DNA of 64,000 nucleotides from Lentimicrobiaceae bacterium (GCA_037445555.1 JBBIKG010000017.1:2329-66328), one strand, 5' to 3'. Shown: positions 39,734 to 50,467, counted from the stretch's first letter. The notes: generated from the sequence alone by a model not told the origin. Numbers and translations: made by a program.

Positions 39734-39806
39734 TCATCACTCATTTCTTCTGAGATTATACTTCGAGCAAAATTTAATTTCGTTTTGCCACCTCAGCATA
39801 AAAAGT

Positions 39807-39830
39807 CCTGCAGCAATGCGGGCTTTTTTT
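39807..39830 (+). terminator. Rho-independent terminator after bcp
   Basis: 5-bp stem (CCTGC/GCGGG with one G-U pair), 6-nt loop, then C and a run of seven T (39824-39830). Confidence 0.5.
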
Positions 39831-39852
39831 ATCTTTGGAAAAAAATACCACT

Positions 39853-40863
39853 ATGGCCGACCTCAAAGAAATCAACAAAGAAAAACTAAAAGCGTTGCAA
39901 CTAACGCTTGATAAGATTGAAAAGACATATGGCAAAGGCACCATCATGAAGCTGGGCGATACAGCCATCGAAGATATACCCGTCATACCGACCGGGTCTA
40001 TTGCATTAGATGCAGCTCTTGGCATTGGTGGACTGCCGAGGGGCCGGGTTATCGAAATTTTTGGCCCTGAGTCATCAGGTAAAACCACGCTGGCGCTGCA
40101 CGCCATTGCTGAGGCTCAGAGAGCAGGCGGTTTGGCGGCCTTTATTGATGCCGAACATGCATTTGACAGGTTTTATGCCCAAAAACTGGGAGTGGATACT
40201 GAAAACCTATTGGTTTCGCAGCCTGACAATGGCGAGCAGGCTCTTGAGATTACGGAGAACCTCATTCGCTCTGGTGCCATCGACCTGATCGTGATCGATT
40301 CAGTGGCAGCCCTTACTCCCAGAAGCGAGATTGAAGGCGAGATGGGGGATTCCAAAGTTGGACTGCAGGCAAGGCTCATGTCGCAAGCCCTGCGCAAACT
40401 TACAGCAACTATAAGCAAGACTGGGTGTTGCTGCATTTTTATCAACCAGTTGCGTGAAAAAATCGGCGTCATGTTTGGCAACCCCGAAACCACCACGGGC
40501 GGCAACGCCTTAAAATTTTATGCCTCTGTGAGACTGGATATTCGCAAAGGAACCCAGATAAAAGAAGGCGAAGCAACCTTAGGGAACCGTGTGCGGGTGA
40601 AGGTGGTGAAAAACAAAGTAGCTCCTCCGTTTAGAGTGGCTGAATTTGACATAATTTTCGGTGAGGGCATTTCAAAACTTGGGGAGATCATCGACCTGGG
40701 TGTCGATTTTGGCATTATTAAGAAAAGCGGATCATGGTTCAGCTATGGTGAAACAAAACTTGGACAAGGCCGCGACGCAGTTAAGAAATTACTTTTCGAA
40801 AATCCGGAACTGGCTGATGAGATCGAAAAACTGATTCGTGAGCACCTCGGGAGCATTAAATAA
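39853..40863 (+). CDS. recA: Recombinase RecA
   Basis: Walker [10 protein letters not shown] and RecA-typical segments ([51 protein letters not shown]). I use the ATG at 39853, because the track start at 39835 is a TTG. Confidence 0.97.
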   Translation: MADLKEINKEKLKALQLTLDKIEKTYGKGTIMKLGDTAIEDIPVIPTGSIALDAALGIGGLPRGRVIEIFGPESSGKTTLALHAIAEAQRAGGLAAFIDAEHAFDRFYAQKLGVDTENLLVSQPDNGEQALEITENLIRSGAIDLIVIDSVAALTPRSEIEGEMGDSKVGLQARLMSQALRKLTATISKTGCCCIFINQLREKIGVMFGNPETTTGGNALKFYASVRLDIRKGTQIKEGEATLGNRVRVKVVKNKVAPPFRVAEFDIIFGEGISKLGEIIDLGVDFGIIKKSGSWFSYGETKLGQGRDAVKKLLFENPELADEIEKLIREHLGSIK

Positions 40864-41014
40864 TGTCACATTATTCATCCTCAGGATCTATGGGGGTACT
40901 AACATTTCCTTTGTACCCTGGTCTGACCTGACGCAATGAGATTGCTTGTTGCTATATTGATGGCAATTAATTCTATGTCAAGCAATTAAGAAGATATTAC
41001 TGTTTTCATGGGGT

Positions 41015-41209
41015 TCAATGCCTTTCAGTTCGCGCCTTAATTTCATTTTTTAGTTCAGTGAACTGACAACCGGAAGGGCTGCAGGTGCAGGAATCGCACT
41101 TGTCTGATGAAGTTTTTGAAGGTTGGAAAGTCTTTATCAGGCTGTAAACAGTGTAAGCTGCAGCCGTAACGATAATCAGGATTGTGAGAATTTGCTGCCA
41201 CATGATCAT
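41015..41209 (-). CDS. FeoB-associated Cys-rich membrane protein
   Basis: 64 aa with one N-terminal TM helix followed by CDSCTCSPSGC. It starts immediately after the feoB stop codon. Confidence 0.7.
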   Translation of the reverse strand: MIMWQQILTILIIVTAAAYTVYSLIKTFQPSKTSSDKCDSCTCSPSGCQFTELKNEIKARTERH

Positions 41210-43624
41210 TCAGGTTACGATGCTGGCTACTTGATAGAAGATAAGCGAAACCAGATAAGCAAGTATGGTGGTATATACCACTACAAATGCAACCCATTTC
41301 CAGCTGCCCGACTCCTTGTAGATTGCAGCTAAAACACCTACGCACGGGAAATATATCAGGATGAAGAGCATAAAACTAAACGCAACTATCGGATTGATGA
41401 TATTCTGTCCCGCTTTTTCCCCCTCCGTATAGGTTTGCACCTTTAATTTATCGGCAAGCGAGACAGGTTGTTCGGTTTCATTATTGTTGTCAGAATAGAG
41501 CACGCCTAGCGTTCCGACTACGACTTCTTTTGCCGCTATTCCGGTAAGGAGCGAAATACTCATTTTCCAGTCAAAACCCAGGGGTGCCATGGCCGGTTCG
41601 ATAAATTTGCCTATGCGGACAATGTAGCTCGTATGCATCGACGGATCTTTGGACCCAACAGAAGTATGCTCGTTACTATCGTTTTCGGAATGTAATGGTC
41701 GCGGAAAATACCCCAGCGCCCATATAAGTATAGATGCAACAAGAATTACTCCCGCAATTTTTTTAAGGTATTGCTCGCTTCGAAACCACATGTGCCGCGC
41801 TATAGAGCGAATAGTCGGCAAACGATATGGCGGGAGTTCCATCACAAAAGGCGTTTCCTGTTTGCGGAACACCGTCTTCTGCAAAAGCAACGATGTGCCA
41901 ATGGCAATAACTATGCCAAGTACATACATTGAAAACAGAATACTACCTTGATAATTATGGAAGAATGCAGTGATGAATAAGATATAAACGGGTAGTCTGG
42001 CGCTACACGACATAAATGGATTGACCAGCATTGTAAGTAGTCGGTCTCTCCGGCTCTCGATAATGCGTGTCGAGAGGATGGCAGGCACATTGCAACCAAA
42101 TCCCATAATGAGCGGAATAAACGATTTTCCGTGCAATCCCATACGGTGCATCAGTTTGTCCATGATAAATACGGCTCTGGCCATATATCCGGTATCCTCC
42201 ATGAGTGATATGAAAAAATACAACAGAAGTATGTTTGGAAGAAATACGATCACACCGCCAACACCGCCGATTATGCCCTGAATGAGTAGGTCTTTTAGCC
42301 AGCCCGCAGCCATATTTGTCTGTAAAAGCTCCGAAATATGCCCAACAAATTGTTCAATCCATGCTACGGGATATGCGCCCACTTTAAATGTGATAAAGAA
42401 GGTGAGCCACATAAACAAGGCGAAAATCGGGAAGCCCCATATACGATGCGTTATCACCTGATCAATGAGCTCGCTTCGCCGCACCAACCGTTGGGGATTG
42501 GGTTGAAAGGTTTCACGCAGGGCCCCGGCAATGAACCCATAACGGGCGTTGGTAATTAGTGATTCTGTATCTTCGTTAAATTCTTTCTCAATGCGCGCAA
42601 TATGTAACTGGCTAATATTACTGATTTCTTCATAATTATTACATTGCTCCAGCCTGCGCCTTGTTCGCTGGTCTTTCTCAAGCGATTTTACAGCTAGAAA
42701 CCTTGGCGAGATATGGTCAGTGACGAAGTTGTTTTCCGGTATATTGATAACCGATTGAAGCGAAGTGATACCCAGTTCAATCCTTTCCCCATAACTGATA
42801 TGAATATGCCGTGTGCTTGTTTCACGGCCTTCATACACGGCTATTACTTTTCGGAAAAGATCAACAATTCCCTTACCGCGTGAAGCTACGGTCGGAACAA
42901 AAGGAATACCCAAAAGTTTGCCCAGATATTCGTAATCAAGGGTGTCGCCTTTCTTTTTCAGATCGTCGAACATATTCAGGGCTACTACTACCCTGATATC
43001 CATATCGATAAGCTGGGTAGTGAGATACAGGTTGCGTTCAATATTTGAAGCATCCACTATGTTGATTACCACATCGGGCATTTGCTCAACGATAAAATCT
43101 CTGACATATACCTCCTCAGGCGAGTAGGCGGTCATCGAATACGTTCCGGGAAGATCGGTTAGGTGGAACATGTATCCATCGAGATCATACTGAGCTTCTT
43201 TTGCTTCAACTGTTACTCCACTGTAGTTTCCCACCCTTTCGCGCGAGCCCGAGGCATGGTTGAACAAGGTAGTTTTTCCGGAGTTGGGGTTGCCAACCAG
43301 TGCCACATGGATGTGCCGGCCTACACGCAAAGCTTTTTGCGATAGCAAAAGGTTGCCGGGATGCGAATGAGGATACGTTGTATTTGCCTGGAAATCAATT
43401 TCCTCAGTCACGACTTCAATGTGCTCCGCTTCGCTACGCCGTAATGACACATTATATCCCATCACGTTATATTCAACCGGATCGCCCAGAGGGGCTATCT
43501 GAATAGCAGTCACCTCTTTCCCCGGTACAAAGCCCATCTCAAGAATGCGCTTGCGAAAGGCTCCCCGTCCTTTAACCTTGGTGATTATCGCCTTTTCCCC
43601 TGCTATCAGTTCCGACAATTGCAT
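41210..43624 (-). CDS. feoB: Ferrous iron transporter, FeoA-FeoB fusion
   Basis: N-terminal FeoA SH3-like domain (GEKAIITKVKG...), G-domain motifs GNPNSGKTT and DLPG, and a polytopic C-terminal permease. 804 aa. Confidence 0.93.
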   Translation of the reverse strand: MQLSELIAGEKAIITKVKGRGAFRKRILEMGFVPGKEVTAIQIAPLGDPVEYNVMGYNVSLRRSEAEHIEVVTEEIDFQANTTYPHSHPGNLLLSQKALRVGRHIHVALVGNPNSGKTTLFNHASGSRERVGNYSGVTVEAKEAQYDLDGYMFHLTDLPGTYSMTAYSPEEVYVRDFIVEQMPDVVINIVDASNIERNLYLTTQLIDMDIRVVVALNMFDDLKKKGDTLDYEYLGKLLGIPFVPTVASRGKGIVDLFRKVIAVYEGRETSTRHIHISYGERIELGITSLQSVINIPENNFVTDHISPRFLAVKSLEKDQRTRRRLEQCNNYEEISNISQLHIARIEKEFNEDTESLITNARYGFIAGALRETFQPNPQRLVRRSELIDQVITHRIWGFPIFALFMWLTFFITFKVGAYPVAWIEQFVGHISELLQTNMAAGWLKDLLIQGIIGGVGGVIVFLPNILLLYFFISLMEDTGYMARAVFIMDKLMHRMGLHGKSFIPLIMGFGCNVPAILSTRIIESRRDRLLTMLVNPFMSCSARLPVYILFITAFFHNYQGSILFSMYVLGIVIAIGTSLLLQKTVFRKQETPFVMELPPYRLPTIRSIARHMWFRSEQYLKKIAGVILVASILIWALGYFPRPLHSENDSNEHTSVGSKDPSMHTSYIVRIGKFIEPAMAPLGFDWKMSISLLTGIAAKEVVVGTLGVLYSDNNNETEQPVSLADKLKVQTYTEGEKAGQNIINPIVAFSFMLFILIYFPCVGVLAAIYKESGSWKWVAFVVVYTTILAYLVSLIFYQVASIVT

Positions 43625-43631
43625 GGTTCTT

Positions 43632-43660
43632 ATTTAGAATCATTTTAAATTACAAAAGTA
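43632..43660 (-). promoter_or_regulatory. feoAB promoter region: -7 box TACTTTTG (minus strand, 43653-43660) and a 19-bp imperfect dyad (43632-43650), a candidate Fur-family operator
   Basis: The minus strand reads TACTTTTGtaATTTAAAATGATTCTAAAT just upstream of the feoAB ATG at 43624. The dyad core AGAATCATTTTA matches 9 of 12 positions of the ATAATCATTATC part of the classical Fur box. Confidence 0.3.
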
Positions 43661-43834
43661 TCAGTTTTTTTACTCGGAATACATTTTTAATTTTTCTAAA
43701 CCAAAATTTCGTTGCTGTATTCAATACGGATGTCTTGTTGTATTTTTGGCATTCAGGCATTATGCATCTCATTCTGTTGATTTCAAAAGTGTTTGCTGGC
43801 TGCCGGGTTTAGAATTTCAAGGCTCTCAATCAAG

Positions 43835-45160
43835 ATGAATCAAAATATTGGCCATACAAGTGACTCTTATGCAATCTTTTGGCACCGCCGCGATCTGAGA
43901 ATGAACGACAATACAGGTTTACACCATGCCCTGCTTTCCGGCCTGAAAGTTATCCCGTTATTTATCTTCGATACGGATATATTGTCAAAAATTGATGACC
44001 GGGGTGATGCCAGGGTCGAATTCATTGTAAAACAACTTGATCAATTGCGCCAGGCATATCAACGTTATGGGGGTGATTTGCTGCTGAAGATCGGAAAACC
44101 TGTTCGGGTTCTTGATGAGCTGCAGGAACAGTTTAATTTGAAAGCCATTTATACAAATACTGACTATGAACCATATGCGAGGCAACGCGATCAAGAGGTT
44201 GCAGACATGTTGAAGAGTAAGGGTGTCGGGTTTCAATCATTCAAAGATCAGGTTATTTTTGAGAAAGATGAAATTCTGAAATCAGACGGATCCCCTTATA
44301 CGGTTTTCACTCCGTACATGAAAAAATGGAAAGAAAAGCTGCTCACAACAGGAATCAGGCGATACCCTACGGAGAACTTAATGCAAGCAATTATTCATGC
44401 TCGCTTTGATCCCTCTCCCTCTCTCGCTGACCTAGGTTTCTACGGGCTAAATCTTAAATTTCCCGATCCCAAACTCGACAGGCGGATAATATTCAATTAT
44501 GAAAAGAACAGAGATTATCCCGCGCTTGACGGAACTTCGCGACTTGGCATCCATCTGCGGTTTGGGACCCTTAGCATCCGATTTCTGGTTGAGGAAGCCG
44601 AAAGGCTCAGCCAGTTGTGGTTAAATGAACTGATATGGCGGGAGTTTTTTATGCAAATCCTGTATCATTTTCCCCATACCGTTTACAAAGCATTTAAACC
44701 CGCTTTTGATAACATCCGATGGCTAAATGATGAACATTTGTTTGAGGCCTGGCGACGTGGACAAACTGGTTACCCTATGGTGGATGCGGGATTGCGCGAA
44801 CTGCTATCAACGGGATTCATGCATAATCGTGTCAGAATGGTTGTCGCCAGTTTCCTTTGCAAGCACCTGCTCACCGACTGGCGGATAGGAGAGGCTTGGT
44901 TTGCTTCACAGCTTCTCGATTTCGAACAGGCATCGAATGTTGGCAACTGGCAGTGGGCAGCAGGCAGCGGCTGTGATGCGGCGCCTTATTTCAGGGTGTT
45001 CAATCCGTCCCTTCAGGCCGAAAGGTTTGATCCGCAGGAGAAATATATTAGGAAATGGATTCCTGAACTGGGTACATCGGACTATCCCAAACCGGTTGTT
45101 GATCATGATTTTGCACGAAAACGAGCCATAGAAGCGTACAAGAAAGCACTTTCGGTGTAA
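43835..45160 (+). CDS. Deoxyribodipyrimidine photolyase / cryptochrome family protein
   Basis: N-terminal photolyase domain (IFWHRRDLRMNDN) and a FAD-binding C-domain (WREFF, TGYPMVDAGLREL...GFMHNRVRM, NWQWAAGSG). I use the ATG at 43835. Confidence 0.88.
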   Translation: MNQNIGHTSDSYAIFWHRRDLRMNDNTGLHHALLSGLKVIPLFIFDTDILSKIDDRGDARVEFIVKQLDQLRQAYQRYGGDLLLKIGKPVRVLDELQEQFNLKAIYTNTDYEPYARQRDQEVADMLKSKGVGFQSFKDQVIFEKDEILKSDGSPYTVFTPYMKKWKEKLLTTGIRRYPTENLMQAIIHARFDPSPSLADLGFYGLNLKFPDPKLDRRIIFNYEKNRDYPALDGTSRLGIHLRFGTLSIRFLVEEAERLSQLWLNELIWREFFMQILYHFPHTVYKAFKPAFDNIRWLNDEHLFEAWRRGQTGYPMVDAGLRELLSTGFMHNRVRMVVASFLCKHLLTDWRIGEAWFASQLLDFEQASNVGNWQWAAGSGCDAAPYFRVFNPSLQAERFDPQEKYIRKWIPELGTSDYPKPVVDHDFARKRAIEAYKKALSV

Positions 45161-45267
45161 TGTTCCGTCTTTTTGAATTAGCTAAAACTTATTAACACGC
45201 CGATTTTTCAGAAGCCTATTCGCTAATTTTACAGGCTCTTCTTATCTTCAATCAGTTAGGTTTTCTT

Positions 45268-48200
45268 ATGCCGGAATTTGTTCATTTGCACGTACATAGC
45301 CAGTATTCAATCCTTGATGGTGCGGCTTCATTCAGCAATTTACTTAAAAAGACCAAGGAGCTCGGGATGGAATCTATCGCCATCACTGACCATGGAAATA
45401 TGTATGGCATCCTGGAGTTCCAGCAGCTTGCCAAAGGAAGTGGTATTAAACCCATTATTGGATGTGAAATTTATGTTTCGCCGACCAACCGGTTCGATAA
45501 GCGCGGAAGGGAAGACCGAAGCGGACACCACCTGATTCTGCTCGCAAAAAACCTACAAGGCTATTTTAACCTGAGCAAACTCTGTTCGCTAGGTTTCAAG
45601 GAGGGCTTTTATTATACAGCGCGAATTGACAAAGAACTTCTGCAACAATACAAAGAAGGCCTGATTGCATCGAGTGCCTGTCTGGGCGGAGAACTGGCTG
45701 AAACAATACTTTCGGGCGGGCTCGAAAAGGCCGAGGCGGTGGTGCGGCAATACCAAGGATGGTTTGGAGATGACTATTATCTCGAAATGATGGATCATGG
45801 CTGGCCGAATCAGAAAAAAGTCAACGAAGCACTGGTGACGTTGTCGAAACGTACGGGTGCCAAACTTATAGCCACCAATGATGTTCATTTTGTGAATGCC
45901 GCAGATTACGAAGCCCACAAAATCCTGATCTGCCTCAATACGGGGAAAGAGCTGGATGAGGCCGGAAGTCTCCACTACACAGGCAATGAGTACCTGAAAT
46001 CGCCGGATGAGATGGCGGCACTTTTTGCTGATTATCCAGAAGCAATCGAGAATACGGTTGAGATAAGTAAGAAGATTGAAAATTTCATTATTACTACCGA
46101 CCATCCTCTGCTTCCGCAATTTCCCGTGCCTTCCGATTTCTCGGACGAAATGGAGTATTTGACCTACCTTACTTACAACGGTGCTAAAAAATACTACCCC
46201 GATTTCACAAATGAGGTAAAAGAACGCATCGAATTTGAACTCGAGGTGATAAAAAAAACCGGATATGCTGGGTATTTCCTCATTGTGTATGACTTTATAA
46301 AAAAAGCCAGAGAGATGGGGGTGCTGGTCGGTCCCGGCCGAGGATCCGCTGCTGGGTCAATTGTATCCTATCTGCTCGAGATCACACGTATCGACCCTTT
46401 ACGCTACCGGTTGCTCTTCGAGCGCTTCTTGAATCCCGAGCGTATCACCATGCCCGATATTGATGTGGACTTTGATGATGAAGGCAGAGATAAGGTGTTG
46501 AAATATGTGATTGATAAATACGGTGAAAGCCGTGTGGCACAGATCATTACCTTTGGCACAATGGCCGCCCGCTCGGCCATTCGCGATGTGGCGCGCGTGC
46601 TCAAGCTCCCGCTTCCGGATGCAGACAGGTTGGCTAAGATGGTCCCCGAAAAACCGGGCATCACCTTACAAAAAGCAATCCAATCAGTCACCGAACTGCA
46701 GGAAGTGCTGAAGGGGGATAACGAAAAGATGAAGAAGACCCTGATCTATGCCCAGACACTCGAGGGCTCGAACCGCCACACGGGCAAGCATGCCTGCGGA
46801 GTAATCATCGGCCCTGACGACCTCATTAATTATGTCCCACTAGGGGTGGCTAAGGACAGCGAACTTATGGTTACCCAGTATGAAGGTAATCTGATTGAAA
46901 AGATTGGCCTGTTGAAGATGGATTTTCTGGGATTAAAAACCCTATCGATAATCAAGGAAGCGTTAATAAACATAAAAATATTCGATGGTACAGAAATCGA
47001 CACCGATAACCTGCCACTTGACGATCACCTGACCTTTGAGCTCTATCGTAAAGGGGATACTATCGGCACATTTCAGTTTGAATCTGACGGTATGCGCAAC
47101 GTTCTGCGCGAGTTACAGCCTACCAATATCGAAGACCTAATCGCTACAAACGCACTGTTCCGGCCTGGTCCTATGGATTTCATTCCAACCTACATCAAAC
47201 GAAAACATGGACGCGAGGAAGTGACCTTTCCCTTGCCGGTTTTGAGCTCGATCCTCGATTACACTTATGGAATCATGGTATATCAGGAGCAGATTATGCA
47301 AACCACACAGGTGGTTGCCGGATTCACACCAGGTCATGCCGACGAATTTCGAAAGGTTATGGGAAAAAAGGAAAAGGAAAAAGTTCCTCCACTGCGCGAA
47401 GCGTTTATCAAGGGTGCCATCAGAAACGGGTATAGCGAAGAAGACAGCAATAAGCTGTTTGACATCATGCAATCCTTTGCCCAGTATGGCTTTAACCGCT
47501 CTCACTCTGCCGCATACAGCATCATTGCCTATCAAACAGCTTACCTTAAGGCCCATTATCCCGCGCAGTATATGGCTGCAGTGCTTACACACAACCTTGG
47601 CGAAATAAAAAAAATTACCTCGCTGATTGACGAGTGCCGCAGGATGGGAATTCCGGTGTTAGGCCCCGATATCAACGAAAGTGAGCTGAGTTTCAGGGTT
47701 AATACAAAAGGCGAAATCAGGTTCGGACTAGCTGCAGTAAAAGGTGTGGGTGAATCGGCGGTGAATGAAATAATAACCGAGCGCGAACAAAACGGCCCGT
47801 TTACCGATATTTTTGATTTGACCCGACGTGTTAACCTTCGATCGGTGAACAAAAGGACTCTGGAATCCTTGGCATACGCCGGTGCGTTCGATGGCTTCGG
47901 AAATATGCACCGGGCACAGTATTTCTTTCGCGAAGACAATGATGAAAGTAACTTCCTGGATAAAATCATCAGGTATGCAAATGCAGTGCAAACTAGAGCC
48001 AACTCGGTGCAGCACAGCTTGTTTGGCGGCGATGACAATACCCTGATCAGCGCAATAGAAATTCCGGCTTGCAACCATTGGACGAAGATGGAGCAACTCA
48101 GATACGAACGCGAAGTCACAGGTTTTTATATGTCAGGGCATCCCCTGGATGATTACCGGCTCGAGTTCGATATATTGTGCAATATCAACCTGACTGAAAT

Positions 48201-48729
48201 CAAGGATGATCCGATAAAGATACTTAACCGGCCCCTGATATTCGCCGGCCTCATCACATCTGTTGCCAATAAAATTGGTAAAAACAATAAACCTTATACC
48301 AGCTTTACGATCGAAGATTTTAACGATCAGTACCCGTTGTTGCTCTTTTCAGAAGAGTCTTTAAAATACCGGCACCTGCTGATCGAAGGCACTGCAGTGA
48401 TCGTTAATGGCCAGATGCAGCAGCGTTATGGGCAAGAGGATCGCTATGAAATGAAGGTAGCCAATATTTCGTTGTTGGCCGAGGCGCTGGATAAAATGAT
48501 ACATAATATCAACCTCACCATTCCTCTACAGGAGGTTGATGATAAGCTGATCAGGAAATTGCTTTCAAAAATTAAAAAGAACTGGGGCGATTGCACGCTA
48601 AGCCTAAGAGTGGCAGATGTAGACGACAAGATATCGGTTAGCCTGATTGCTACAAAACACCGGGTTGAGTGTTCTTCTTTGCTGAAGGATCTACGTGATA
48701 TGCCAAATATTGGTTTTAAACTTTCCTGA
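45268..48729 (+). CDS. dnaE: DNA polymerase III alpha subunit
   Basis: PHP domain start (FVHLHVHSQYSILDGA), the polymerase core (GPGRGSAAGS, PDIDVDF) and a C-terminal OB fold. 1153 aa. Confidence 0.97.
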   Translation: MPEFVHLHVHSQYSILDGAASFSNLLKKTKELGMESIAITDHGNMYGILEFQQLAKGSGIKPIIGCEIYVSPTNRFDKRGREDRSGHHLILLAKNLQGYFNLSKLCSLGFKEGFYYTARIDKELLQQYKEGLIASSACLGGELAETILSGGLEKAEAVVRQYQGWFGDDYYLEMMDHGWPNQKKVNEALVTLSKRTGAKLIATNDVHFVNAADYEAHKILICLNTGKELDEAGSLHYTGNEYLKSPDEMAALFADYPEAIENTVEISKKIENFIITTDHPLLPQFPVPSDFSDEMEYLTYLTYNGAKKYYPDFTNEVKERIEFELEVIKKTGYAGYFLIVYDFIKKAREMGVLVGPGRGSAAGSIVSYLLEITRIDPLRYRLLFERFLNPERITMPDIDVDFDDEGRDKVLKYVIDKYGESRVAQIITFGTMAARSAIRDVARVLKLPLPDADRLAKMVPEKPGITLQKAIQSVTELQEVLKGDNEKMKKTLIYAQTLEGSNRHTGKHACGVIIGPDDLINYVPLGVAKDSELMVTQYEGNLIEKIGLLKMDFLGLKTLSIIKEALINIKIFDGTEIDTDNLPLDDHLTFELYRKGDTIGTFQFESDGMRNVLRELQPTNIEDLIATNALFRPGPMDFIPTYIKRKHGREEVTFPLPVLSSILDYTYGIMVYQEQIMQTTQVVAGFTPGHADEFRKVMGKKEKEKVPPLREAFIKGAIRNGYSEEDSNKLFDIMQSFAQYGFNRSHSAAYSIIAYQTAYLKAHYPAQYMAAVLTHNLGEIKKITSLIDECRRMGIPVLGPDINESELSFRVNTKGEIRFGLAAVKGVGESAVNEIITEREQNGPFTDIFDLTRRVNLRSVNKRTLESLAYAGAFDGFGNMHRAQYFFREDNDESNFLDKIIRYANAVQTRANSVQHSLFGGDDNTLISAIEIPACNHWTKMEQLRYEREVTGFYMSGHPLDDYRLEFDILCNINLTEIKDDPIKILNRPLIFAGLITSVANKIGKNNKPYTSFTIEDFNDQYPLLLFSEESLKYRHLLIEGTAVIVNGQMQQRYGQEDRYEMKVANISLLAEALDKMIHNINLTIPLQEVDDKLIRKLLSKIKKNWGDCTLSLRVADVDDKISVSLIATKHRVECSSLLKDLRDMPNIGFKLS

Positions 48730-48800
48730 TTATCGGATGTTAATTCCGGAATAAGAAAAATAGTACATTTGAAAATCCTAATCTTAAAATTCGTTTCGTT

Positions 48801-49118
48801 ATGGCACTTGAATTTAATGACGCCAACTTCGATGAACTGGCAATGAAAAGCGATAAACCGGTTGTTATTGATACGTGGGCTGTTTGGTGCGGCCCGTGCC
48901 GAATTATAGCACCCTATATTGAGGAAATGGCAATGGAATATGAGGGAAAAGCCGTTATTGGAAAACTCGATGTGGATAGTAATCCACACACAACTTCCAG
49001 GTTCGGAATACGCAACATACCCACCGTATTGTTTCTCAAAGGAGGCGAGGTAGTTGATAAACAGGTTGGTGCTGTACCAAAATCGGCGCTGGTTGCCAAA
49101 CTCGAAAAATTGCTCTGA
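48801..49118 (+). CDS. trxA: Thioredoxin
   Basis: WCGPC active site, 105 aa. Confidence 0.93.
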   Translation: MALEFNDANFDELAMKSDKPVVIDTWAVWCGPCRIIAPYIEEMAMEYEGKAVIGKLDVDSNPHTTSRFGIRNIPTVLFLKGGEVVDKQVGAVPKSALVAKLEKLL

Positions 49119-49207
49119 TTCTCATAAGTACCTTTTGTATTTTTATTTAAGCCACGACTAATATTTATCAGTCCTTGGCTGATCTGTGGCTTCGTAATTT
49201 ATTGACT

Positions 49208-50143
49208 ATGGACAGCAGCATCGACAGAAGTCGATTGCAGGAATTTACAGCCCTTGAACTCATTGCCAAACAGGCTGTTGAGGGCTTCATTATTGGATTG
49301 CACCGAAGCCCCTTTCACGGTTTTTCGGTCGAGTTTGCCGAGCACAGGCTATTTAACGCCGGAGAATCGACCAGACACATCGACTGGAAGCTCTATGGCC
49401 GCACAGACCGATTGTACTCAAAAAAATACCAAGAAGAAACAAACCTCCGCTGTCAGGTTGTGATTGATCACTCTTCATCAATGTACTATCCGGCCATTGC
49501 CAACCCATCACTCGAACAGCCCGATAAGATTACTTTTGCTGTGTATGCTTCTGCTGCATTGCTTTTAATGCTCAAGAAACAACGCGACGCATTAGGTTTG
49601 AGTGTTTTTTCCGATATGCTCGACACACACATTGTGCCGCGAAGCAGTTCCGTTCACCTCAAATACATTATTACTGCGCTTGAAAAACTTCTGCAAAGCC
49701 CCGAACCGCAGCAAAGAAGAAAAACCTCGGCAGCCGAAGTGCTTCACAACCTCGCCGAAAGCCTCCACAAAAGGTCGCTGGTGGTGGTTTTCAGCGATAT
49801 GATGGAGAGTGAGCATGATCCTGAAGCAATATTTGATGCCTTGCAGCACCTGCGTCATAACAAGCACGAAGTCATCCTTTTTCACGTCACTGACCGGAAA
49901 ACGGAGATCGAGTTTGCCTTCAGCAACCGCCCGCACCGGTTCATTGATCTTGAAAGCGGCAAAGACCTTAAACTGCTTCCGAATGAGGTGCGCGAGAGCT
50001 ATGTAAACTATATGAACAAATTCACTAAGGAGCTTTCATTACGCTGTGCGAAGTACCGTATAGATTTTGTTGAGGCCGATATCCGAAAAGGCTTCAGGCA
50101 GGTCCTTCTTCCATTCCTTCTGAAGCGCGAAAAACTGTTTTAA
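49208..50143 (+). CDS. DUF58 domain protein (vWA-like, usually MoxR-associated)
   Basis: HRSPFHGFSVEFAEHRLFNAGESTRHIDWKLYGRTDRLYSKKYQEE is the DUF58 signature region. I use the ATG at 49208, because the track start at 49175 is a TTG. Confidence 0.8.
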   Translation: MDSSIDRSRLQEFTALELIAKQAVEGFIIGLHRSPFHGFSVEFAEHRLFNAGESTRHIDWKLYGRTDRLYSKKYQEETNLRCQVVIDHSSSMYYPAIANPSLEQPDKITFAVYASAALLLMLKKQRDALGLSVFSDMLDTHIVPRSSSVHLKYIITALEKLLQSPEPQQRRKTSAAEVLHNLAESLHKRSLVVVFSDMMESEHDPEAIFDALQHLRHNKHEVILFHVTDRKTEIEFAFSNRPHRFIDLESGKDLKLLPNEVRESYVNYMNKFTKELSLRCAKYRIDFVEADIRKGFRQVLLPFLLKREKLF

Positions 50144-50146
50144 GCC

Positions 50147-50467
50147 ATGGCCTGGTTTTATCTATTCATTGCCGGAATTTTTGAAATCGGATGGCCAGTT
50201 GGATTTAAGCTCTCGCAGTCGGGTGGTGCAAAGATTTTCTGGATAGCATTTTCTGTTGTTTCCATGGCGCTCAGCGGATATTTCCTGTGGCTCGCACAAA
50301 AAACTATCCCTATAGGCACAGCCTATGCTGTGTGGACTGGCATTGGCGCTATGGGAGCGTTTTTAATCGGAATAGTCTTTTTCAGAGACCCGGTGACATT
50401 CATCCGGGTACTTTCGGCTATGCTTATCGTGGCAGGTGTGGTTGGCCTTAGACTGTCGGCTCCTTAA
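50147..50467 (+). CDS. sugE: SMR-family small multidrug/guanidinium exporter (SugE/Gdx type)
   Basis: 106 aa with four TM helices and a conserved membrane Glu (IAGIFEIGWPVGFK). PIGTAYAVWTGIGA resembles E. coli SugE by recollection. Confidence 0.85.
   Translation: MAWFYLFIAGIFEIGWPVGFKLSQSGGAKIFWIAFSVVSMALSGYFLWLAQKTIPIGTAYAVWTGIGAMGAFLIGIVFFRDPVTFIRVLSAMLIVAGVVGLRLSAP

Noticed and set aside
45589-48989. Several long antisense or alternative-frame ORFs within dnaE and over the dnaE-trxA junction (45589-46119, 47137-47592, 47556-48119, 47728-48096, 48444-48989)
   Set aside because: All lie opposite or out of frame to an uninterrupted, clearly recognisable 1153-aa DnaE and a canonical thioredoxin. 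Their translations are low-complexity or Cys/Arg-rich and match nothing I recognise.
50144-50146. A guanidine riboswitch upstream of the SugE/Gdx gene
   Set aside because: Only 3 nt separate the DUF58 stop from the sugE start, so there is no space for a riboswitch.
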